DNA from: an uncultured Candidatus Saccharibacteria bacterium
GTDB lineage: Bacteria > Patescibacteriota > UBA1384 > DTJR01
Reading direction: 5' to 3'
DNA length: 64,000 bases
NCBI GenBank assembly: GCA_964540855.1
Contig: CAZIOI010000001.1
Span: forward strand, 7,081-71,080
Below, one piece after another: positions 18,420-26,336 of the stretch; within the stretch, counting starts at the first letter, position 1; each line of letters opens with the position of its first letter. A model generated the notes under the pieces. The model was given only the letters and a program-made list of their open reading frames with translations. It was not told the DNA's origin and ran no database searches. The position numbers and the translations under genes were made by a program.

Positions 18420-20681
18420 TTAGTCCCTTAATTTCGCATTAAATTTTTTTGAAATTGCCTCGATAATTTTTGTAATCTGTCCATCAGCCTCAGCATCCGA
18501 CAAGGTTTTTTCGACATCTTGAAAATAGATATGAAAAGCTACAGACTTTTTGTTTTCGCCGAACTTGTCCGAAACAAACTCATCAAACAATTCTACCAAC
18601 AAAACATTATTGCTCGTTTGATAAATCGCCTCGGCTACAGCTTCATTTTTATGATCTGTGTCCATAACAAACGCCAAATCTCGGCTGATTGGCGGAAATT
18701 TTGAAACTTCGCGATACTTAATCGTTCGATCAATCGTCTTAAAATCCGCGTCTGCCTTATTGTTTCGCATCGCGCTAACCAGCAAAGCACAATCTAGCTC
18801 CGCAACAAAAACGCTTGATTTTTTGACTTTGTAGCGTGTCAAATCATCGCGCGAAAATTCTTTAATTTTAAAGTCTTTCTCGGGTAAGCCTGTTTTTTCA
18901 CAGATATTTTCGACACATTTTTCGATTTCTGTCCTAGCGGATTTTCCGGATGAGAGGATCGCAATATGCGTCTTTTCTTCGGACGTTGAAAATACATTAC
19001 CGAATTCAAAAATCAAAATCGGGTCAAAGATAGGATTTTTAGCGACTGCTCTGACCAGCCCCACCGCCAAAGAATTTCTCATATATTTGTTTTCTTTCTG
19101 AATGGGATTTGCAACTTCGAGCAAGTCCTCCTGTTTTAATCCAAGTGACTTAGCATCGGCTTCGGACAAAAATGGATATGAAAACACCTCACAAAAACCA
19201 TTGTCAACCAAGACATCCTTGAGACATTCCTTGAAATAAAAATCCGAATTTTTTGGCGCCGATAAAGCGGGCATTTCAACCATCGGAATATTTTCAAAAC
19301 CCATCATTCTGGCTATTTCCTCAGCCAAGTCCTGCCAAACAAAGACATCATGGCGATAGCTCGGCGGCACGGCCATTTCTGCTTTGATAACAAATCCAAG
19401 ACTTATAAGATATTGATCAATCTTTTCGCGCTCAAGTGCTGTACCCAAAAGTTCGTTTATTTTTTCGTATTCAATTTTTACAAAATCATTTTTTTGCTCG
19501 ACTGCGATATCAATGGTTTCATCGATTATTTCGCCTCCGGCGATATCGCAAATCATCTTGGCTGCTTTACGCATCGCCTCAACCGTCAGCTCGGCGTCAA
19601 TACCGCGCTCAAATCTATAGCTTGCATCGCTGACCAACCGCAACATTTTTGCGGTTCGACGGACTGATTTGCGTTCAAACACGGCCGATTCCAAAATAAT
19701 CTCTTTCGTCTCATTTGATATTGCACTGTCCGCGCCACCCATCACTCCGGCGACCGCCAAAGCTTTTTTGCTGTCGGCGATCACAAGCATTTGCTGGTCC
19801 AGGGTTCGCAAAGCGCCGTCAATAGTTGTCAGCTTCTCGCCGTCATTTGCCGTGCGGACAATGATTTTATCTTCAACAATTTTAGCTTTATCAAATGCGT
19901 GAAGGGGCTGACCCAAATCCATCATTATATAATTTGTAATATCGACGACATTGTTAATCGGCTTCAAGCCAACGGCTACCAGACGCTTTGCCAGCCAGTC
20001 AGGCGAAGGAGCAATTTTAACCGAACGAATAACCGTGCCGGCATATGCAAAGCAATTTTGGGGCGATTGAATTTCGATCTTTAATTTGTTTGTTGGCTTG
20101 TTTTTTGCGTCATCTGAAAAACCGGACGCGAACTTTATCTTTTTGCCAGTCAAGGCCGCAACCTCTCGAGCCACGCCAAGATGCGAGAGGCAATCTCCTC
20201 TATTTGGAGTGATCTCGAGTTCAAAAACAGAATCCGAATTCAAATATTTGCATAGCGATTCTCCAAGCGCATATTCGTCGGGTAGAATATAAATTCCCTC
20301 GTGACTGTCGCCTAAGCCCAGTTCCCGTTCGCTGCAAAGCATACCGAAAGATTTTTCGCCTCTGATTTGTGCCTCTTGAATTTCAATATCACCCAACTTG
20401 GCGCCAATCGTCGCTAACGGCACAATTTGACCCGGTTGGATGTTTGGGGCGCCACAGACAATAGCATATTCTTTTTGACCATCGGTTACGCGAGCCAATC
20501 TCAATCTATCGGCATTCGGGTGCGGTTTTACCTCGAGAATTTTTGCGACAATTACCCGCGGATCGAGACCTTTTGTGACATTTTCGACCAGCGTCCCCGA
20601 AAAAGTAAGCAGATCGTCCAGTTCTTGATCCGTCTGATTTATATCGACATAGTCTTTTAGCCAACTTTTTAAAATTTTCAT
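18420..20681 (-). CDS. pheT: Phenylalanine--tRNA ligase beta subunit
   Basis: 753 aa. The N-terminus MKILKSWLKDYVDI… and the B3/4, B5 and C-terminal anticodon-binding-like domains match PheT. Directly downstream of pheS. Confidence 0.95.
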   Translation of the reverse strand: MKILKSWLKDYVDINQTDQELDDLLTFSGTLVENVTKGLDPRVIVAKILEVKPHPNADRLRLARVTDGQKEYAIVCGAPNIQPGQIVPLATIGAKLGDIEIQEAQIRGEKSFGMLCSERELGLGDSHEGIYILPDEYALGESLCKYLNSDSVFELEITPNRGDCLSHLGVAREVAALTGKKIKFASGFSDDAKNKPTNKLKIEIQSPQNCFAYAGTVIRSVKIAPSPDWLAKRLVAVGLKPINNVVDITNYIMMDLGQPLHAFDKAKIVEDKIIVRTANDGEKLTTIDGALRTLDQQMLVIADSKKALAVAGVMGGADSAISNETKEIILESAVFERKSVRRTAKMLRLVSDASYRFERGIDAELTVEAMRKAAKMICDIAGGEIIDETIDIAVEQKNDFVKIEYEKINELLGTALEREKIDQYLISLGFVIKAEMAVPPSYRHDVFVWQDLAEEIARMMGFENIPMVEMPALSAPKNSDFYFKECLKDVLVDNGFCEVFSYPFLSEADAKSLGLKQEDLLEVANPIQKENKYMRNSLAVGLVRAVAKNPIFDPILIFEFGNVFSTSEEKTHIAILSSGKSARTEIEKCVENICEKTGLPEKDFKIKEFSRDDLTRYKVKKSSVFVAELDCALLVSAMRNNKADADFKTIDRTIKYREVSKFPPISRDLAFVMDTDHKNEAVAEAIYQTSNNVLLVELFDEFVSDKFGENKKSVAFHIYFQDVEKTLSDAEADGQITKIIEAISKKFNAKLRD

Positions 20682-20682
20682 A

Positions 20683-21363
20683 TTAAAACTGCTTTAAAAA
20701 TCTTAAATCTCCCGATCTGAACAATCGAATTTCATTGACGCCGTGTTTGATCATAACCGCCCGCTCAAGCCCGGGACCAAAGGCGTAGCCGGAATACTTG
20801 TCGGGATCAAGACCCATATTAGAAATAACCTGAGGGTGAACCATTCCCGCGCCGCCAAGCTCAAACCAACGAGCGCGAAATTTCATCTCGAACTCAATCG
20901 ACGGCTCCGTAAATGGAAAATGATGCGGTCTGAAACGCATTTTTGTATTTGGTCCGAAGAGTTCTTTGTACAACTCCTCCAGAACCCAAAATAGCTGTCC
21001 CATTTTCACCTTTTCGTCAACATAGAGACCCTCTAGCTGATAAAACGCCGCTTCATGGCCGGCATCCGTGGCTTCGTTGCGATAGCAAAGACCCGGGACA
21101 ATAACCTTAATAGGCGGTTTTTTGTCCTCGCCGTAACGGACTTGAGAGTTTGAAGTCTGAGTTCTAAGCAGCCGTCCATCTTTGAGCCAAAATGTATCCT
21201 GTACATCGCGCGAAGGATGGTCTGAAGCAACATTTAGCGCATCGAAGTTATACCACTCTGTGTCAACCTCGGGGCCCTCATACACATCGAAACCATAAGT
21301 TTCAAAAAATCTAACCGCCTGACGAATTAACTGAGTTGTTGGATGAAGATGACCTTTTTGCAT
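20683..21363 (-). CDS. pheS: Phenylalanine--tRNA ligase alpha subunit (catalytic core only, 226 aa)
   Basis: The HPTTQ motif is followed by class II motifs (FRPHHFPFTEPSIE, GGAGMVHPQV) and FDALNVASDHPSRDVQDTFWL. No N-terminal helical extension. The upstream gene ends 3 nt before the start. Confidence 0.9.
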   Translation of the reverse strand: MQKGHLHPTTQLIRQAVRFFETYGFDVYEGPEVDTEWYNFDALNVASDHPSRDVQDTFWLKDGRLLRTQTSNSQVRYGEDKKPPIKVIVPGLCYRNEATDAGHEAAFYQLEGLYVDEKVKMGQLFWVLEELYKELFGPNTKMRFRPHHFPFTEPSIEFEMKFRARWFELGGAGMVHPQVISNMGLDPDKYSGYAFGPGLERAVMIKHGVNEIRLFRSGDLRFLKQF

Positions 21364-21366
21364 AAC

Positions 21367-22662
21367 TTATCTCTTGTTATATCCTAACCTTTCAAGCTCC
21401 TGTTTGACAACCTTTTTTTCAATCCACGGCAAATGTTTCTCGCCTACAACACGAAATTCTTGAGCACCCATACCGGTAATCACAACAAGATCGTTTCTAC
21501 CGGCAAGAGTGAGCGCCTTGGCAATAGCTTTGCGGCGATCCATAATCTTAAAAAAGTTTTCATTTTCTTTTATTTTATTTTTCGTCTTATCCGAGATAAC
21601 GCCGGAGGCAACCTGCTCGATTATCTCAATCGGATCTTCGCTATAAGGCTCCTCATCGGTCACAACAACGAGGTCGGCGTATCGAGCAGCCAGCGACCCC
21701 ATAATCGGTCTCTTAGACTTGTCACGATCGCCGCAAGCGCCCAAAACAGCGATCATTTTACCTTTTAGAGTTTTTGTCAACTCGTCATAGACCTTTTGCA
21801 GAGCATCCGGTGTATGAGCATAATCAATGATTACCGTGAAATCTTGTCCGGCATCGACTTTTTCCATTCTTCCCGGAACCGATTTGATGTCCTCGAGACC
21901 GTTTTTGATCGTTTCGGGTGAGATACCAAGACCGGTCGCGACCGAGGCGGCACAAAGAGCGTTGGAAATATTAAACATTCCGGGCAACTTGAGGTTGACT
22001 GTTATCTGAACACTGGGAAGAACAATTGTAAAAGTCGAACCTTTTTCATCTATTAAAATTTTTCTCGCGACCACATCGGCTCGCGATTCCACCGAGTAGC
22101 CGATGTGTCTGCCAGCCGGATTTGAAAGAAACTTCAAACCGTTCGGGTCGTCGAGGTTGGCAACCGCTAATTTCGGTTTGTTGGAAAATAATTTTAGTTT
22201 TTCACCCAAATAGACTTCAAACGTCCCATGATAATCAAGATGATCGTGGGTCACATTTGTCATTGCAACCGCATAATATGTTATGCCGTAATTTCTGAAC
22301 TGGCTGATTGCGTGAGTGGTCGTCTCAACTATCGCGTATTCACAACTGGCAGCGGCCATTTGGCGCAATAGTGATTGCAGCTTAAACGCACTCAATGTTG
22401 TCATGTTGGTAGCGTTGGACCATACCTTCTTGTCAACCTTGAAAGTTGTGGTAGTCGCCATCCCGACTTTTGCGCCGGAAGATTCCAGAATACTGGCTAT
22501 CAGATGGCAAGTTGTGGTTTTGCCGTTTGTTCCGGTGACACCGATTATTTTCATTTTACGGCTCGGCTGGCCATAAATGTAATGCGCTGAGACACCACGC
22601 AGCCTGTGCGAGAATGGCACAAGAGCGGGAAATTTTTGTTTAAGTGTTTTTTTGACTGACAT
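21367..22662 (-). CDS. murE: Mur ligase, MurE-like (UDP-MurNAc-tripeptide synthetase family)
   Basis: GVTGTNGKTTT P-loop, DYAHTPDAL and LGACGDRDKSKRP motifs characteristic of MurE/Mur ligases. 431 aa. Confidence 0.75.
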   Translation of the reverse strand: MSVKKTLKQKFPALVPFSHRLRGVSAHYIYGQPSRKMKIIGVTGTNGKTTTCHLIASILESSGAKVGMATTTTFKVDKKVWSNATNMTTLSAFKLQSLLRQMAAASCEYAIVETTTHAISQFRNYGITYYAVAMTNVTHDHLDYHGTFEVYLGEKLKLFSNKPKLAVANLDDPNGLKFLSNPAGRHIGYSVESRADVVARKILIDEKGSTFTIVLPSVQITVNLKLPGMFNISNALCAASVATGLGISPETIKNGLEDIKSVPGRMEKVDAGQDFTVIIDYAHTPDALQKVYDELTKTLKGKMIAVLGACGDRDKSKRPIMGSLAARYADLVVVTDEEPYSEDPIEIIEQVASGVISDKTKNKIKENENFFKIMDRRKAIAKALTLAGRNDLVVITGMGAQEFRVVGEKHLPWIEKKVVKQELERLGYNKR

Positions 22663-22667
22663 TTTAT

Positions 22668-23570
22668 TTATTTTCTTCGCATTTTTTCGGCGAGTTTAAA
22701 CACACTATAAGCGGATTTCTTTCCGATCAAATCGAAGCTACCTGCAATCTCGACCGCTTCGCCGCCAAATTGCTCCTTGAACCTCGTAACGCCCGCCCAT
22801 TTGCCGGAATTTCCCGGTTCGTCGCGGCCGATCATATCGTATGCGCCGCATCCGCGAGATTTTGCGTCTTTGATGATTTGCCAATGCATCAAATAAGGAG
22901 CCATAACCTCCTTATGCCTCCTTGATGATCCGCCATATAGATAGCTTGCGACACCGCTATAAAAACTCACTACGGCGGAAGCGATAGCTTCGCCGTCGCA
23001 AGAAGCAGTGTAGATCTCAAGATAATCCGTATCGGAAAACTTGTCAACCATATTTTCAAAGTATTCTCGACTTCGCCCCGTGATCTTTTCGCGTTCGACC
23101 GTCTGGTTATAAAGATCGTGAAAAGTTTTGATGTCTTTTCGATCACGACCCGTGGTCACTTTGACGCCCTTTCGCTCGGCAAGCCTAACGTTGTAACGGC
23201 CTTTCGGGTGCATTTTCGAGATAATTTCTTGTTCCTCCGACGAAATATTAATAATTTGGCGCCATTTGGGCTGAACTTGCTCAAAGGCCCTGACAAAGCC
23301 GGCTGAGAGCATTTTTTTGGCGATTTGTTCGCTCCCCGGATTGATGATTTCTGCTCTGACAAAAATGCAATTGTTTTCGCTCATCAATTGCTTTATCCAA
23401 TTTATCAAGCGCTCATTTACGAGTTTGAAATCAACTTCCGGAATATATAAAAAAGATTGCGATAACGGGAGATTTCTTTTGTGGATATAAACCCCCGAAT
23501 TTTCAAAAACTTCCCATCCGGTAGATTTTTTAAAATTCGCCCATTGGCTAGTTTGCAAGATTGATTTCAC
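22668..23570 (-). CDS. FemAB-family peptidoglycan interpeptide-bridge aminoacyltransferase (FemX-like)
   Basis: 300 aa with a FemABX-type GNAT-like fold signature (…YLYGGSSRRHKEVMAPYLMHWQIIKDAKSRGCGAYDMIG…). It has no coiled-coil insert, so it is FemX-like rather than FemA-like. Confidence 0.75.
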   Translation of the reverse strand: MKSILQTSQWANFKKSTGWEVFENSGVYIHKRNLPLSQSFLYIPEVDFKLVNERLINWIKQLMSENNCIFVRAEIINPGSEQIAKKMLSAGFVRAFEQVQPKWRQIINISSEEQEIISKMHPKGRYNVRLAERKGVKVTTGRDRKDIKTFHDLYNQTVEREKITGRSREYFENMVDKFSDTDYLEIYTASCDGEAIASAVVSFYSGVASYLYGGSSRRHKEVMAPYLMHWQIIKDAKSRGCGAYDMIGRDEPGNSGKWAGVTRFKEQFGGEAVEIAGSFDLIGKKSAYSVFKLAEKMRRK

Positions 23571-23599
23571 AAGTCAAGCTTAACACAATTACAGGTTAA

Positions 23600-23794
23600 A
23601 TGACATGGTACCGCTCTAGTAAAAAAGATGTCAAAATGCTAGTATGTCTTGCTATGAACAAAAAAATCATATTAGCGATAGAATCAAGTTGTGACCCCAC
23701 ATCGCAGCTTACTGTAAAACGGGCTTCGCCCTGTTATTACAGTGCGCCGGATAGCGGGGCAAGCGAGACAGATTGTTATTGTTATGGAAAGTAA
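23600..23794 (+). other. Decoy/duplicated tsaD 5' end: a short ORF whose central residues MNKKIILAIESSCD copy the tsaD N-terminus, then diverge and stop
   Basis: ATGAACAAAAAAATCATATTAGCGATAGAATCAAGTTGTGAC at about 23662 nearly repeats the real tsaD start ATGGAAAGTAAAACTATATTAGCAGTAGAATCAAGTTGTGAC at 23784. About 27 nt are shared with 2 mismatches. A hairpin (ACTGTAA…GGGCTTCGCCC…TTACAGT) lies between the copies. Confidence 0.3.
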
Positions 23795-24860
23795 AACTAT
23801 ATTAGCAGTAGAATCAAGTTGTGACGAAACCGCCGCGGCGGTTGTTCGTGTTGGCGAAGGCAAATCGGGATATGATTTTGAAGTCGTCTCAAATGTTGTT
23901 GCCAGCCAAATAGACCTGCACAAAAAATGGGGCGGCGTCTATCCCGAGTTGGCATCCAGAGCCCACCTTGAAGCGATGATTCCGGTTTTGACCGAGGCGA
24001 TTGAGCCGCTTGGCGATGGTTTCAAAGGATTAGAAAAAATTGATGCTATAGCTGTAACTGCCGGCCCGGGCTTGATCGGGTCTTTGCTTATGGGATTCGA
24101 GGCAGCCAAGATAATTTGCGCCTTATATAAAAAACCGCTTATTGCAGTTAATCACCTCGAAGGACATATATACACCTCATTTGCCCACAAAGAAAAGTTC
24201 TTGGTGCCAAAGGACGCGATCTTTCCTTGTATTGCTCTGATTGTATCCGGCGGTCACACGAGTCTCGTGCTGATCAGAGACCACCTGCAATATAAAAACG
24301 TTGGCGAGACAATTGATGATGCCGCCGGCGAGGCCTTCGACAAGGTCGCGCGTATTTTAGATCTCGGCTATCCCGGCGGGCCGGTCGTAGAAAATTTGGC
24401 AAGCCAAGGCGACGACAGCGCTTATGATCTACCTCTGTCAATGCTTAGCTCAAAAGACCTAAATTTCTCCTTTTCCGGTCTTAAGACAGCCGTTTTATAT
24501 AAAACAAAAAATCCCGCAACCGGGGAGAAAAGAGAATTTGATCGCGCCGGCCTTGCGGCAAGTTTTCAAAAAACCGTCAGCAAAATCTTGACGCAAAAAA
24601 CCATCAAAGCGATTAACGCCCACAACGCTAAAACAGTCATCTTGTCGGGTGGAGTAAGCGCCAATGGCTATTTGCGATCATACTTTCAAGAACAAATATC
24701 TAAAGACACAAAAGCAAAAATCTTAATACCGCCGAAAAATCTTTCGACCGATAATGCGTTGGGTATAGCGGTCGCCGGCGCACTACGTCATTTGAGAAAA
24801 CAAGACAATCCGGTTTGTAAATCGGCTAAACCAAACTGGAAAATCGACGAGAACTATTGA
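23784..24860 (+). CDS. tsaD: tRNA N6-adenosine threonylcarbamoyltransferase
   Basis: MESKTILAVESSCDETAAAVV… is the Kae1/TsaD/Gcp signature N-terminus. ~359 aa. The true start is the internal ATG at 23784 of the track ORF. Confidence 0.9.
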   Translation: MESKTILAVESSCDETAAAVVRVGEGKSGYDFEVVSNVVASQIDLHKKWGGVYPELASRAHLEAMIPVLTEAIEPLGDGFKGLEKIDAIAVTAGPGLIGSLLMGFEAAKIICALYKKPLIAVNHLEGHIYTSFAHKEKFLVPKDAIFPCIALIVSGGHTSLVLIRDHLQYKNVGETIDDAAGEAFDKVARILDLGYPGGPVVENLASQGDDSAYDLPLSMLSSKDLNFSFSGLKTAVLYKTKNPATGEKREFDRAGLAASFQKTVSKILTQKTIKAINAHNAKTVILSGGVSANGYLRSYFQEQISKDTKAKILIPPKNLSTDNALGIAVAGALRHLRKQDNPVCKSAKPNWKIDENY

Positions 24861-24934
24861 TTTTAGAGTAAAAATAGCATACGATCTCGTGTCGCTTGGT
24901 TTTCCAAGTGATTAATACAGAGGGGGTCGAAGAT

Positions 24935-25414
24935 ATGTGCAAGCCAGAACAGATCAAGATTCCACCGGCAAGCCTCATTTACGCACTAGGCATTGCCATC
25001 GCTGTGGGTGTTTTTGTGGGGCCAATCCTACTCGCAAGACAACCAACTAGCTCCACCGAGATTGCGAGCAGGACGAGGGACATCCAGGTCGGCGCCGTAG
25101 AGGCTGAGGAAGCGCGTCCAGACCAGGCCGTTGCCGTCCTCGACGACCCCTCAGGCCTCGGTCTCTTCCAGCTCAAGCTGGAGGGAGACGATTTCGAGCA
25201 GGTTGCAACCCTTGTGATGAGCGAGGGGTGCAAGTTCCGCGGCTGTCAGATGTTAGTTGGCCACGACAGCTGCCTGGTTTACGTTTGTACAGTCGAGCGC
25301 GACGCACGACTGTACGTGGTGCCGTTGCAAGGGAAGCAGCGGTTTCCCCACAACGGACGGTGGCATTGGATGGGGATCATCGCGCTAGTGACCCCCGTCC
25401 CCACCTCCGGCTGA
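24935..25414 (+). CDS. GC-rich hypothetical ORF inside GC-rich island B (may be spurious)
   Basis: ATG at 24935 is preceded by GAGGGGG, 8 nt upstream. Contains one hydrophobic helix (LIYALGIAIAVGVFVGPILLA). A GC hairpin (GTGCCCC…GGGGCAC) follows the stop. High GC inflates ORF length, so coding status is uncertain. Confidence 0.25.
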   Translation: MCKPEQIKIPPASLIYALGIAIAVGVFVGPILLARQPTSSTEIASRTRDIQVGAVEAEEARPDQAVAVLDDPSGLGLFQLKLEGDDFEQVATLVMSEGCKFRGCQMLVGHDSCLVYVCTVERDARLYVVPLQGKQRFPHNGRWHWMGIIALVTPVPTSG

Positions 25415-25457
25415 CACCGTGCCCCGCCGACTGCACATGCGATCGGTGGGGCACCAC

Positions 25458-26336
25458 CTACATTAGACTTTTTAAATTAGTTCCCGGATTTATTCTATAT
25501 CGTGGAATCTCAAACGGTTCGTTTGTCGAAAATGGCTTGCCTTTTTGTGTCGTCACAGCAATCTTATAGCCAGCTTCGCTAGCCAGCTTTTTCGTTTCAG
25601 CGGAAAATTTCCCTGCCGGATAACAAAATGAATAGATTTGTTGTCCGGACAAGTCTTCAAGAGCTTTTTTTGAGTCAGCCAGCTCCGCCCTCGCCCGATC
25701 GGCATTTAATTGATCCATATTCAGATGAGCCACTGAATGACTGGCAATCTCGTTTGAGCCACTAGCGAGTACCTTTATTTGATCCTCGTTCATATATTCG
25801 TTCTGCCCAATTTTGCCGGAAATTATAAAAAATGTACCCTGCATTTCATATTTTTGCATTGCGTTCCATGCATAGTCAAAGTTGTCCGAATATCCATCGT
25901 CAAAAGTCAAAACAACCACGCGGCTCGTATCCTCGCCGCGCGCCACCATTTCATAAAGCTTCTTGAGTGTGACCACAATATATTGGTTGTCCTTTAGATA
26001 TTTAAGCTGCGAGTCAAAATTCTCTACAGAAACAGTCAATCCTTTTCTGATATCATCCGCATTTTCAGGCAACGGCCCAACATGGTGGTACATCAAAATT
26101 TTGGCCAAAATCGTCTGATTTTCGGGCCAAGCGAGGTCTGAAAGAGGAGTCTCTTGCTCAACAGCTGACAATGAAGCCATTGGGCTGGAAACGACTAAAT
26201 TAGTATCCGGCGCTTTGCTTTTCCTGGGTAAAACAACAAGGGCCAAGATAACAACCAAAATAAAAAGATACAAAAACCTGCGGCTAATTCTTCTGGTCTT
26301 GTTTTGGCTACGCGGTTTATATGATTTTATATTCAT
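25458..26336 (-). CDS. Polysaccharide deacetylase (NodB-homology, CE4) with N-terminal TM anchor
   Basis: TFDDGYSDN (NodB motif 1), HSVAH-like and GTFFIISG motifs. N-terminal TM segment. Confidence 0.8.
   Translation of the reverse strand: MNIKSYKPRSQNKTRRISRRFLYLFILVVILALVVLPRKSKAPDTNLVVSSPMASLSAVEQETPLSDLAWPENQTILAKILMYHHVGPLPENADDIRKGLTVSVENFDSQLKYLKDNQYIVVTLKKLYEMVARGEDTSRVVVLTFDDGYSDNFDYAWNAMQKYEMQGTFFIISGKIGQNEYMNEDQIKVLASGSNEIASHSVAHLNMDQLNADRARAELADSKKALEDLSGQQIYSFCYPAGKFSAETKKLASEAGYKIAVTTQKGKPFSTNEPFEIPRYRINPGTNLKSLM

Noticed and set aside
24860-25460. tmRNA or RNase P RNA assignment for the GC-rich islands (islands B and C; the same check was run on island A and on 46.4-46.8 kb)
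   Set aside because: Looked for RNase P conserved elements (GGAAAGUCCGG, ACAGAANCCGGCUUA) and for tmRNA ends (GGGG…UUCGAC 5' end, GGUUCGAAUCC…CCACCA 3' end) on both strands. None found. Only a weak GGUAAACU-like resemblance at 46585. Left as unassigned GC islands.
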